A stretch of DNA of 64,000 nt, from the NCBI GenBank assembly GCA_015680685.1, contig MNCI01001360.1, positions 269,623 to 333,622 on the forward strand, in the 5' to 3' direction. Source of the DNA: Gnetum montanum (Eukaryota; Plantae; Gnetophyta). The position numbers were made by a program, and so were the translations under genes. Every line of letters begins with the position of its first letter. Within the stretch, counting starts at the first letter, position 1. The notes beneath the pieces are model-generated. The model saw only the letters and a list, made by a program, of their open reading frames with translations. It was not told the DNA's origin and searched no databases. Positions 26,028 through 37,254 of this stretch are shown piece by piece.

Positions 26028-28600
26028 TCAAGAGTCGATTTTCACTTCACTATCACAAAAATTAAGCATGGGTTGATGCCCATTTTCCATGAGTGAAGCT
26101 TGCTCAATGATAGAGTGAATCGACTCTCTATTGGCGGGCATGTCCCCACTCATAGGGATAGAGGTTAACACTTGAGTAAGTGCATCCTTGTGAATTGGAG
26201 AAGTTATGACTAGGTCATACAAGTTTGGTGATGTGTTTTTTTGCTTTAATGACTATTTGGCTTGCTCCATGGTTGCAAGAAAACTCTTTCCCTTGGATTA
26301 TGATGTTTCAGCCTTAGTGGTTCTAACTACCTCCATTCTCCCTTGGGTTTGTGGCTTGGTTTGCGATGTATGTGCCCTGGGTCCCTTGTCCATGGGTGTA
26401 GCTAGTCTTGGTGTAGCTTGTTTCGAAGCCTTTCGTTGTTGGCCACCTTCAGTGGGCTTTGTTGTTGGTTTGATGAAAAATTGTTTTCGTTGCTGTTGTG
26501 AGGATGGTTTCTTGCTAACCTTCGAGTTGTGGGCCAAGATATGTGGGTTTTGGTCATGGATTGTTGTGTTCTTAGTTGTTGAAGGTGAAGGGACCTAGAT
26601 AACAAATGGTTCCTTGGGCTTTGAAGGATTAGCAACTCATTGATTATGTTATGATGTTGAAGCCACTAGAAGGAAGAAACACATGACAAAAGGCTCCTTA
26701 GGGGTTGGAGGAGGTGGTATCTATATGAAAAATGGCTCTCTAGGCTTTGCACTTAGGGATTGCGATGGTACCTTGACGACAAATGGTTCCCTATGGGAAT
26801 TGGACCATTTGGTTTCCATGAATGAGGCCATAGTATATGAGTTATTGTTAGCACTTGGAGAGTTGAGCTCATTCACTATCAACTCTCTATAGTTCATCAT
26901 CTTCTTAAGGTCATCCTTTAATGCTAGGCAAAAATTAGTGTCATGACTAGCCATTTGATGATAATGGCAATAACTATCTGGTCTAGAGTACTTCAGTAGC
27001 TTAGGGTCATGTTTGGTAGCTATTGTTGGGTTTTTAGCTATGTCACAAAGATGATTGTGCCTCTTGCAAGCCTTTTCATACAATTGCTTATGATGTATAT
27101 GGTTGTCTTTAAGCAACTATTCTAGAAGCTCAAAGGTTTTCATAGGCAACCTAGTGTACTGAGACTTATCCTTCTGCATAATTTTTGGTCTAGATTGATT
27201 TGGGGCATAGGAGGTAGACGGTTGCGATGAGTTGGAGGATGTGCTGTCTGGTGGTGATCCCCTCCTCTCTCCTTGTTTTCTCTCTTTTACTACTGCAGCA
27301 ATGGTTGTATGTTCTTGCTTGTTTTTATTGCTATCTGTCTTCGCATGTTGATTTTTGTAGGCCACATAGGCTAGATTGTTTCTCACCTCAACTACCCCCT
27401 CAATGTTCTTGGTTTGTGAGAAGGCTTAGCTTAATGACCAAGGCTCTAGATAGTACAAATTTGACTTGATGAAGTTGTTTACTTCTCCCTTGTAGATGGT
27501 TGAGAGATGGGTTTCAGCAATAGGCTCTAGGATTTCATTAAGTATTAAGTTCCACCTTTGAATGAACCTTTTGACCAGTTCAAGTGGTCCCTGCCTCACC
27601 TTCATCAATTGGTCCAATGTATTATCCAACTTCAAGTTGTATCTAAAGTAGTTTACAAATTGGTTAAGGAGGTTCTCAAGGGAAGAGATGGAACCCCTAG
27701 GCAAGTTTCGATACTAATCTAGAGCCTTTTCCTTAGAGACATGGGAAATATTCTTAGTATTATGTGGAGCCAAGGTTGCAAGAGGAGATACTTAGATTGG
27801 AAAGTTACTAGATGTGCACTGGGATCCCCATCATCATTGTATTTGGTGAAGTTCAGAATAGGCAATCTTGTAGGAAAGGTTACTTGAGGCACCATAGGAC
27901 TTATAGGATCATCTTGGTAGAAATCTAGAACCTTGATTGTCTAAGTTTTACTAGCCTTAAGTTTCTGTAGTTCTTCATTAAGGTCTTGGATCATTCGAAA
28001 GACTTGATCTAAGCCTTGGGAAATCCTTGTGGGCTATGGTGCTTGTGTTAACGGTTGAGGAAGAAGTTGTGAGGCTTGTGGTTGAGAGGCTTGTGGCCTC
28101 ATGATAGGTTGTGGTATCAAAGGGAGAGGCTAGGTTATGGTGGTCATAGATGGACTAAATAAGGAAAAAGATGTTTGTGTTGGAGCTTGAGGCACAAAGT
28201 GGAAAAATGGTGTATGAGATGCTTGTGTTGCATGGGGTCCCAATAAGGATCTTGCTAGCATGGTAAAGGGAGATAATGATGTAGACATCACTGTGGCTAG
28301 GTGAACAAAGTTAGGTTGTGTGGAAAAAGGTATTGATGAGAATAAGAAGATGGATTGAGACATGGGTTATGTTTGGTGCATGGGGATGATGGGTGTGGAC
28401 CATGTTAGGGTGGATAGGAGGAGAGTTGGATCTAGGAACTTGTTCCATCGATGAGATAAGAGACGTGGAGTTGGATGTGGTTGTTTGGAGAGCCAGAGTT
28501 TGGAAAAGACTTCCAATGAAGGTTTTCGGCTCTTGATCAACCTCAAACTCATCTTCCTCCTTTCGTTGATCCTTTGAGCTAACTCCCTCACTAAACACAT
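26028..28600 (-). pseudogene. gag: Tat-type gag, fragmented
   Basis: ORF 27426-27704 (LMKVRQGPLELVKRFIQRW, Retrotrans_gag) and ORF 26721-27116 (YCHYHQMASHDTNFCLALK, Tat-type Cys/His motif). Confidence 0.85.
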
Positions 28601-29998
28601 CAACCTTTATGAGCTATGTGAACATTTGTACATAGAAGTTGGTGAGGGGGATTTGATCATAGGACAATGGGATGTATTCTTTCCCATTTGGATGTATAAT
28701 TTCGAATTAATGCTTAGTGTTAGATTTGGAGCTTTGTATTAATAGACCTGCTTGCATCTTAGCATAGAGGAAGTTGTAGAATTTCTCATTGATAACTATG
28801 AAATCCACGCTCTTGCCCCTTTGCCTAAGTGATTGCCTTCATTCTATGATTACAGGGTATTTTGAGTCATAGACATGAATTGGATCTTAGTTGGATATCA
28901 TGCTTGGTAAGTTAAGGGGTAGTAGAGTTGATCAGCTGAAAGGCATGATTATGATGCTAAAAATGGCTTGAAAAGGTTACAAAAGGTGGAAAAGTGCAAG
29001 TTTCAGCAAGTGGAATTTAAAAAACTGCTAAAAGAAGCAAAAATGACAAAAAAAGTTACTTACTATAAATAGTAAGTGATTGCTAGAGGGGGTATACTCC
29101 CTTACTAAAGATGATAAATGATGGTATCAACCCCACCCATGCTAGGCTTCCGAGTTGCACAAAAAGCTAAAAATGCTAAAAAAATGGTGAAAACAAGTCA
29201 CTTACTATAAATGATAAATGGGGGATAAGGGGGGTATACCCTTTTACCAAGAACAGAAAGGTGAAAAAGGTGTTGGAAAATTTCGCACACACTAGCTTCC
29301 TGGCTGTCACATCCTTGGATGTCCACACTAGCTTCCTAACTGTCACATCCCTAGATGTGGTAGGGGGAAAAAAGGGGGTGAAAACTATTAGCAAGGTGGA
29401 GAAAAGAATGTAAATTTTAGTAATTGGGATTGCTAGAAAACTTAAATTTGGTGAAGAGAAGCAAAAAAATGATAAAAATAGCTCACTTAGTATAAGTAGT
29501 AAATGGGGGCCAAAGGGGCTACATCCCCTTTTCCAAAAATTGAAAGCTGAGAAAGTTGACACTAAGCTTCACCCATGTTGGCCTCCTAGCTATCACACCC
29601 TTAGATGTGGTAGGGGGATGAGATGGAGGGATCTCACACCTTCCAAAACCAATGTTGGTGAAAGGGGATCATGTTGGCTTACCCCCTTACAAGGGTTTTT
29701 CAGTGTAGAAAAGTGTATACCCCCTCCCCCACCCTCCCCACCCTCCCCCACCCTCCCNGCTTTAGCCATTTATGTGGTATTTTTCAGCCTCAAAGGTATG
29801 GAATATGTGAGAATGTCCCTCATGGTTTAGAACCTACACATTTACAATGAAGTTTTGTCTTAGGTTTTATGGGTTGGGGTCACAAAGGTTTCAACATGTA
29901 AATTTAGTGGTGTTTTGGGCAATGCTGAGTTTTAAAGTTCTAATTAGAGTATATAACTTGGTATGTACCTATATTACAATTTTCAGAGTTCTAACACT

Positions 29999-31012
29999 TG
30001 TTGATCTTTTGGTATGTTAGAACCTTGAAAAATGGAGAATTTGCTAGTGTGCTTGTGAGATCTTAAAAGTCTAAGAAAGGTGAATAAAAGAATGTTAAGG
30101 AGACCAAGTAAAGAGCATGGATTGACAAACTAGAGGACTAAAGTCCAATAAGAAAATGCAAGGATTTGGAGAAAATCATAAGAATTCAAGATGTCTAAAA
30201 TTCCAAAGAAAATGTCATGAAGACTGCCAAGATGTCTCATTTTGCTAAAAGAAACCTCTACTTAGAAGCTCTAGTCTTAGGCAAGATGTCTCTACAAAAC
30301 AACATATGTCTCAAGTTGAAGTAAGACATCTCAAGCAAGACGTCTTAGTCAAGACATTCTAAAACAAGTAAAGACATATCTCCCAAGAAATCTTAGAACA
30401 AATGAGACATCTCACATGTAAGATGGAAAAACCCAATAAGACATCTCAAGCTCATGAAAGACATCTCAACTAGTTGTTTCTAGTTGGCAAACTTCAATGA
30501 ACATATGATGTTGACAAGGCTATAAAGGAAAGTAATACCTTTTTGGGAATAGCAAGCACTATTCATATGATTAAGCAATCATTGTATACATATTTTGAGA
30601 TATTTTTTACTTCGTATTCTTATCATTTATTTTATCATTTGTAGTTTTTTGAGCTAAAAAGAAAGAAATTAGAAGCTTAGTTCATTTTCTTTCTTGATCT
30701 TCCTATCTCTCTTTGTAAGCCCTCAGGGGTTCGATGTGTTTCTTGAGAGAAGACATCCTTTGAGCTTGTTGTTATCTTGAGGGGTTAGGTGTGTTTTTAA
30801 GAGAAAACACCCCTTTCAGAGCTCAAGACTTTGTAAAGGTTGTGGTGTTCTTGAAATCACATTTTTAAGAAACAAAGTTTGAAGGTGTGCAAGGATTGTA
30901 CACTTTGAGTATGGACATACCCAAGTTGGGGAACCATGTACATCTATTGTGTAAAAATTGGGTCTCAGTGACTTGAACTTATTCAACCCCCCTTCTAAGT
31001 TCTTGATCCTCA
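29999..31012 (+). repeat. SIRE-like Ty1/copia solo LTR
   Basis: TGTTG...GATCCTCA; TSD ACACT/ACACC; C-rich ATTCAACCCCCCTTCT near the 3' end; homologous to 60883-61981. Confidence 0.88.
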
Positions 31013-31374
31013 ACACCCTTTTTAAGGATTAGTTGTAAGTGTGAAAAACTAAAAAGGCATCCCTAAAATTATTAGGCTTTTTCTTTAGATTCTCTCTTCA
31101 ATGATTTGATGTATTCTAACTTCTTTTAACATTATTATTTATTTTTTTGGGTTTGATTCCTTCCCCTTCTTAAAAATGAAAACAATCAAAAAATTACTTG
31201 AAGCATCAACTATTGAATGATGTCATCTTGAAGTGGCATGGAAAGAAAATTATTTAGATAATGTTTGAAAATCACATTACATGGAAACTTTAAGATAAAT
31301 ATGTATTTATGTACAATATTAATTCTTTGGTTAACCAATATTATCAAAATGAATGGTGTTTTCATAACAAAACT

Positions 31375-31645
31375 AGAGTGACATATGTACCCTTTAGTTA
31401 TTGATTTGAAAACTCTAAATTATGGGTTCAATTCTACTATACAATGCTGAGTTATAAAGTTATAGTTTGAATTTATATCTTGGGGTTAAATATTATTTAA
31501 TAAAAGTTTCAGATTAAAAAACCCCACTTAAGACATATAGCTAACATAAAAATTTTTAAGACTTTATAACTTAATACTACCTAGTAGAATCAAATCCATA
31601 ATTGGAGTCTCTATATCAAGAGTCTTACTACTAAGCTAACATTAA
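31375..31645. repeat. Inverted pair of tRNA-like repeats (foldback or tail-to-tail SINEs)
   Basis: Left arm TATGGGTTCAATTCTACTA..TGCTGAGTTATAAAGT; right arm reverse complement TATGGATTTGATTCTACTAG..TATTAAGTTATAAAGT. Confidence 0.65.
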
Positions 31646-31859
31646 CAAAATGATGAAAATAAGAAAGCCTATATTTATGATCACATTGTTGTATGTAAAT
31701 TGAAAATATTGTATAATTATCCATTTTAAAAAAATGTTTTAGAAAGATCTATAAGTTATAAAATTTTTTTCAAATTCCAACCTTGTTTTCTACCCTACTA
31801 TGTATGGTGTTCTCTCCCAAATGCTAAGAGTGTAAAAATGAAAGATAGGATTTGCTAGT

Positions 31860-32605
31860 TGATGAGACATGAAATTGCTCATATTGCTGGCGGTCACCTT
31901 AAGGCACCCACGATAACACACTCATGTTATATCATGGGTCGCGATATCGCGTATGCGATATATCATGGGCTACGATATCGTGTACGCGATATCGCAGTCA
32001 GCCACAATTTCTATAAATAAGAGGCAACTCTCCCTCATTTGACATCCCAGTTTAGAAGTAGCGAAGCTCTGGCAGTTTGATCCCTCCAGAGTTAGATTTT
32101 TTTCCCGTGTTTGCCCGCAGTGTGGTGAATGTAATTGTACGGTGTCTTTATTCGAGTGTGCCGTACTTGGACACACACATGACCAGCAATAAAGATCGAG
32201 ATTACTTCATCATTGCAGCATTCACTTTGTTATTTATTTATCTGTTATTTATTTAATGTTATTTATTATTTTCTCTCTCATCCTTAAAATCCTAGGACGT
32301 GGAACAAGTACNNNNNNNNNNNNNNNNNNNNNNNNNNNNNNNNNNNNNNNNNNNNNNNNNNNNNNNNNNNNNNNNNNNNNNNNNNNNNNNNNNNNNNNNN
32401 NNNNNNNNNNNNNNNNNNNNNNNNNNNNNNNNNNNNNNNNNNNNNNNNNNNNNNNNNNNNNNNNNNNNNNNNNNNNNNNNNNNNNNNNNNNNNNNNNNNN
32501 NNNNNNNNNNNNNNNNNNNNNNNNNNNNTCTGCGGAGTTCGACCGAATTGCGCCTACACGCTCGTATTCGTATGGTTGAGTGTAGGGGTACCTCGCCACT
32601 CATCA
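31860..32605 (+). repeat. Family A LTR, probably solo (contains an N gap)
   Basis: TGATGAG...CTCATCA; perfect TSD CTAGT/CTAGT; intact GCGATATCGC motifs. The gap at 32312-32528 hides the true length. Confidence 0.88.
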
Positions 32606-34479
32606 CTAGTTATAGACATAAACCCAAATCTAATTACTACAAATTAATCTCATGTTAAACTTAAAACTAGTGCTTACCTTTTTTTATGAGCTAATCACAT
32701 AAAGTGAAATACAATAATTACTAGTCTACTTTAACATCCTAATGTTCCACTTCAAAATAAAACCAACTATTAATACAAATCTACGAAAAATCATAACTTA
32801 TAATTCAAAATTCCAAATTAAATTTTTTGAACTTGCATAATCGTAATAATTCATATTATTAATCCAAGCACTTAAGCAATTAAATCAATAGAAGCTCAAA
32901 CACTATCATAGATTCAGTTATAATCAACATGCATTGTTGCATCCCAAATATTAAACTTAATTATTTTATTAGTGATCCTTAATTTCCATGATTATCCCTT
33001 TATGTTATTAATTTTTTCCATTAACTTAGTTATTATTTAAAAACTTAAACTAGTAGGGACACTTAGGCATTAAACTCCTTCAAGCATTACTTCTGTTATT
33101 TCAATAAGAAGGGTATCATGGTATAATATCATGGAGAAAATAAAATACTAGACTTGATCCTTAGCATATGGGTTCAAGTAATACAACATATAAGAGAAAT
33201 CTAAACAACCATGATCATTAGTCTCCAACTAGAAGTATCTACATCACTACATTGCCCTCTTATCTCTAACACTTATTCTAACATCATTTTCATGCATCGT
33301 CATGTAGTAGAAGTTAGGGCTCTTAATGTAGTTGCATCCACCTTGATGTTCCTTTAAAGGAAAGATTGAAGTAGGCCACCATTATAAGAAAGAATGCCTT
33401 TTTGGAGGTTGAAATGCTATTTCCCTCTAGATCAAAGAGCTAGAAGAGTATGGAGATCCTTACGAAACTCCATGCTATCTTAACCATCATAACAAACCTT
33501 ATGGAACTACATTGTCTTATATCTTTGTGAATGGCATTACAAGCATATGTAGAATTGTTGGAAGGCTTTGGCTTCCTAGTTTGAGCACTTCCCCTTCTCT
33601 ACAAAGTAGGGATATAAAAGTAGATATGCATAACTTAAGATTGGTCCTTGTCATCTTCGTGTAATATCCTAAATCATATTGTGGTTTGATGTCTTCCATG
33701 TATGTGCATGTGTATGTTCTAGGTCATTATGCATGTGTGTTGCCTAAGGTGTATTTGGTATGCTTCTAACCAATATGTAATGGGTGTCTTGACTCTTCCT
33801 ATGAATGTAGATGCTATAAACACTAAGTTGTAGTCCATCTTGAGTCCATCCTCATTTTCTTATTGACTTGGGATTGAAGTATCATGCCATATAGTGCTTT
33901 TCAAGGATGGCACCATAACATATGGTATCATAGTGAAGGTCATGCTTCATGGAATGTGGTTTGTTGCTTGCAGTTGATGAATTTTGTTTATGGTTCATGT
34001 GGAAGATGACTATTATGGAAAAATAGAACAACCACCAGAATTCCACTGTTGTTCCTCTTGGTCCAAATTATTACAATGAGCTAGTTGGAAGTAACTATTC
34101 AAAAAAATTAGATGCACGAGGAGGTGTACAAAGATGAGAACATGTATGAGGAGGTATACGAGGATGAGAACATGGAGATGATTAATGAGAGGAATAATGA
34201 TGATTCCTTTTAAAAAATGCAAGAGCTATGAAGCCAACTATTGAACATTGATCATGTGATTCTCCACATCTAATATACTACTAAGCAAGCAAGGATAGTT
34301 TAGGAAATTACATACTTTATGTTCAAGTCCTACCTTCAATAGTTGAATTGTATATAATGTACAAGATTTTTATGGGTTAAAATTTTATGATATGGAAACA
34401 TGTGGAGTAGATAGGAAATGTTGTTAATTACATGCAAGTCTCCATGAGAGAAATCTTGGCTAGGTTGATGACCTAGAAG

Positions 34480-37254
34480 TGGAGAATGAAAAGCTAAAAA
34501 ATCAATTGGTTTTGTAAGTAAAAGTAGTTACATTTAATTCTAGGTGGCTTGCACCCAAGTTCTACTCAAAGGAGTCAAAATTCTATATAGGATATCATGA
34601 TGATAAACTTATTAACATCTTTCTTCTTAAAATGGACGAGCTCTTAGAAATGCACAAGTACCTTGAGGACACATAAGCTTGCATTGATTTTGAGGACTTA
34701 GTGACTTAACATTCTTTAGGAGATGAAGTCCAAGATAGCCTAGAGAACCATTGAGACATTAGAATAATTTAACATGACACTAATTAAAAACTTCAATTCA
34801 TGAAATTCCATTAACAAAGCTTATGTAAAGTTTAAGGAGATCTAGTAGAGTAGAAAGTTGAAAGACTACATTAAGAAGTATCAAGATCTAGTATTGCAAG
34901 TCCTTAATACCAATGTGATGGATAAGTATAATCTTTCAATGGCTTGAAGTCTTGGGTCTAATGAAAAAGCAAAATCCATAAGATCACAAACTCCAGGAAA
35001 GTGATCAAGTTGGTTGCCAATTTGATGATCGACACCAAGTCCCAGAACTAAAAAGAGAACAAGATAAAGATACCTCAAAATAATAAGAATATTGGTAATA
35101 AATCTAGTATTTTTGGAGGAAGAAACTTCAATTGTAACTTTAGGGTTCTACATCCTACAATTACGTTAGGTTCCTAAGCTTCTTATGTGGGTAATAAAAA
35201 GCATTATACTTTTGATGATCAAAATAGATTTGGGAGTAAGAAACCATGTTTTGGTGACTCCATGAACAATCCTCCAAGGCACTTGGTCATAGGATGTTTC
35301 ATTTGCTCAAGAAATCATCTTTCCTAAACTTGTCCTAAGAACCTCAATTGAAGACTTGTTAGAAGAGGAGAAAATGGTGACCAATAGTTGAACATTCTTG
35401 AGTATCAACCTCAATCTTGATTGTGGGTAATCAACTTAAATTAAAATGGATAATAGATTAGGATCTCAGGTGTGATGAATAGATTTCTTAAAGTCTAGTA
35501 ATAGTGCAACTAAATGTTCTAGGACATAAACTAAAGCAAAAAACCAACTTGCACTTAGCCTAGATGGTTTTGGTGTATTTTTACTCAAAGATGACAAATG
35601 CCTTAGATGACATAAGTGCTAGCCATAATTTTCTATCATTGAAAATTGCTTACATTCTCAATTTTCAAGTTGAGTCAACTATGGCATCCTATAAGTTCAC
35701 CAAATCCCACTTGATCAAATGTAATAGGATGATGAAAGGGAGCATACATGAATGTAGACCAGTGGAGAGCCAAGCTATATTTATTGGTTTTGGACATTGA
35801 CTCTTTTCAAGATATTCTTGGATAAGAGTTCTTGAAGAAGAAAAAGATGTTGATTACTTCCTACATTGGTGTTCTTTACATTTTACATGAGGATTCATCC
35901 TATGCGATGAAGACCTCTACACCAAGAGCAACTAGCATAGTTGATGATATTGAAATTGTGTCCCTGATGATATTGAAGGGGATAGCTTGAGATCTAACCT
36001 AATAGATGTATTTAATAGTGTTGAAGGAGGTGAAAATAGATGGTTTAGCTTGGGTGGATGTGCAAATTAAAGAAGTTATTAAGAGGCATAATAAGGTTAT
36101 GTTGGTAGAGTTGCTAAGAGAATTACTTGAAAAATGTGTGGTGGATCATAAAACTGAATTGTTATTGAGAATTGACCCACCCAAGTAGCATTCATATAGA
36201 TTGATAACTTTTGAATTAGAGGAGTTATAAGCAATTAGAAAGTCTAGTAAAGAATGGTCATCTGAGATCCTTAAAATTCCCATATTGTGGATGTGCTCTT
36301 TAAAAGAGAAAAGATGAAACATTCAAGTTGTGTTATGACTACAAGTTATTAAAAAATTTACCTTCAAGAATAGATATTAGGTTTCTTTAGTATTAGAACT
36401 ATTTGATTAGCTAGTGGAGGCTCAAGTTTTCTCTTGACTCAACCTTCATCAAGGTTAGTGTCAAGTGCATATTGATGTAGGTAATGTAGAAATGGAAACT
36501 TATATCACTATTTATGGCTTCTATGATTAGGCTGTGATGCCTTTTGGGTTGTGTAATGCTCTTAGCACTTTTTGCGCTCTCATGAATGAGGAATTTTGTT
36601 CATATCTTAACAAGTTAATGATAATGTATCTTGATGGCATCCTTTTGTACTCTCACTTTATGGAAAATCACCTTTAACACTTGGATTTGATGTTCTCCAA
36701 ATTACAATAGCATAGGTTATATGTGAAGTAAGAGAGGTGCAATTTCAAAAAAGTAGAGATTAAGGTTCTTAGTCATATCATTAGTGGAGACATGGATTAC
36801 ACTAGACCAAAAGAAGGTGAAAGCCATTGCAAGATGACTAGATTTGAAGAATGTGTATGAGATGCAGTAATTCTTGGATTTGGCTAGTTATTATAGAAAT
36901 TAATTTTGAGGATTTTTAAATATCATGGAAATTTTGATTAATTTGCAAAACAAGGATATTGCATGGAAGTGGAATGCTCCTCATCACTCAACATGTGTTA
37001 GTCCTTTCTAATGATTCAAAGTCATTTAAAGTTTATATTAATGCTTTGAATGAGTTTATTAGAGATGTTTTCTTATAAGAAAATCATTTTGTGAAATAAA
37101 AATTGAAGAAGTTGAATCCTATAGAATAGTTATGGCTAGTACACAAAAAGAAGACATTCAACATTATGCATTATCTTTAGACATGATGATATTGTTCCCT
37201 AGATGGTTCTATAATAGTTAAAATATATAACACCATTATGAGCTACTTGCTTAC
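34480..37254 (+). pseudogene. Chromovirus-type Ty3/gypsy gag-PR-RT-RH relic, truncated by element D
   Basis: PR NALDDISASHNFLS; RT FKLCYDYK, VMPFGLCNALSTF..LMN, IMYLDGILLYS; FLDLASYYR; RNase H interrupted at 37255. Confidence 0.85.

Larger units (their letters stand above)
19130..29917 (-). mobile_element. Non-autonomous Tat-type LTR retrotransposon (family B; gag and protease, no RT/RH/INT) with host-derived cargo
   Basis: TSD GGCAA at 19125-19129 and 29918-29922; 3' LTR 19130-20422; PPT AAAGAGGGG; partial 5' LTR ~29640-29917; the 3' UTR and LTR are homologous to 58350-60734. Confidence 0.85.

Noticed and set aside
32249-32658. Four ORFs of 104-119 aa (also 14178-14402)
   Set aside because: They are artefacts of N runs with no stop codons.
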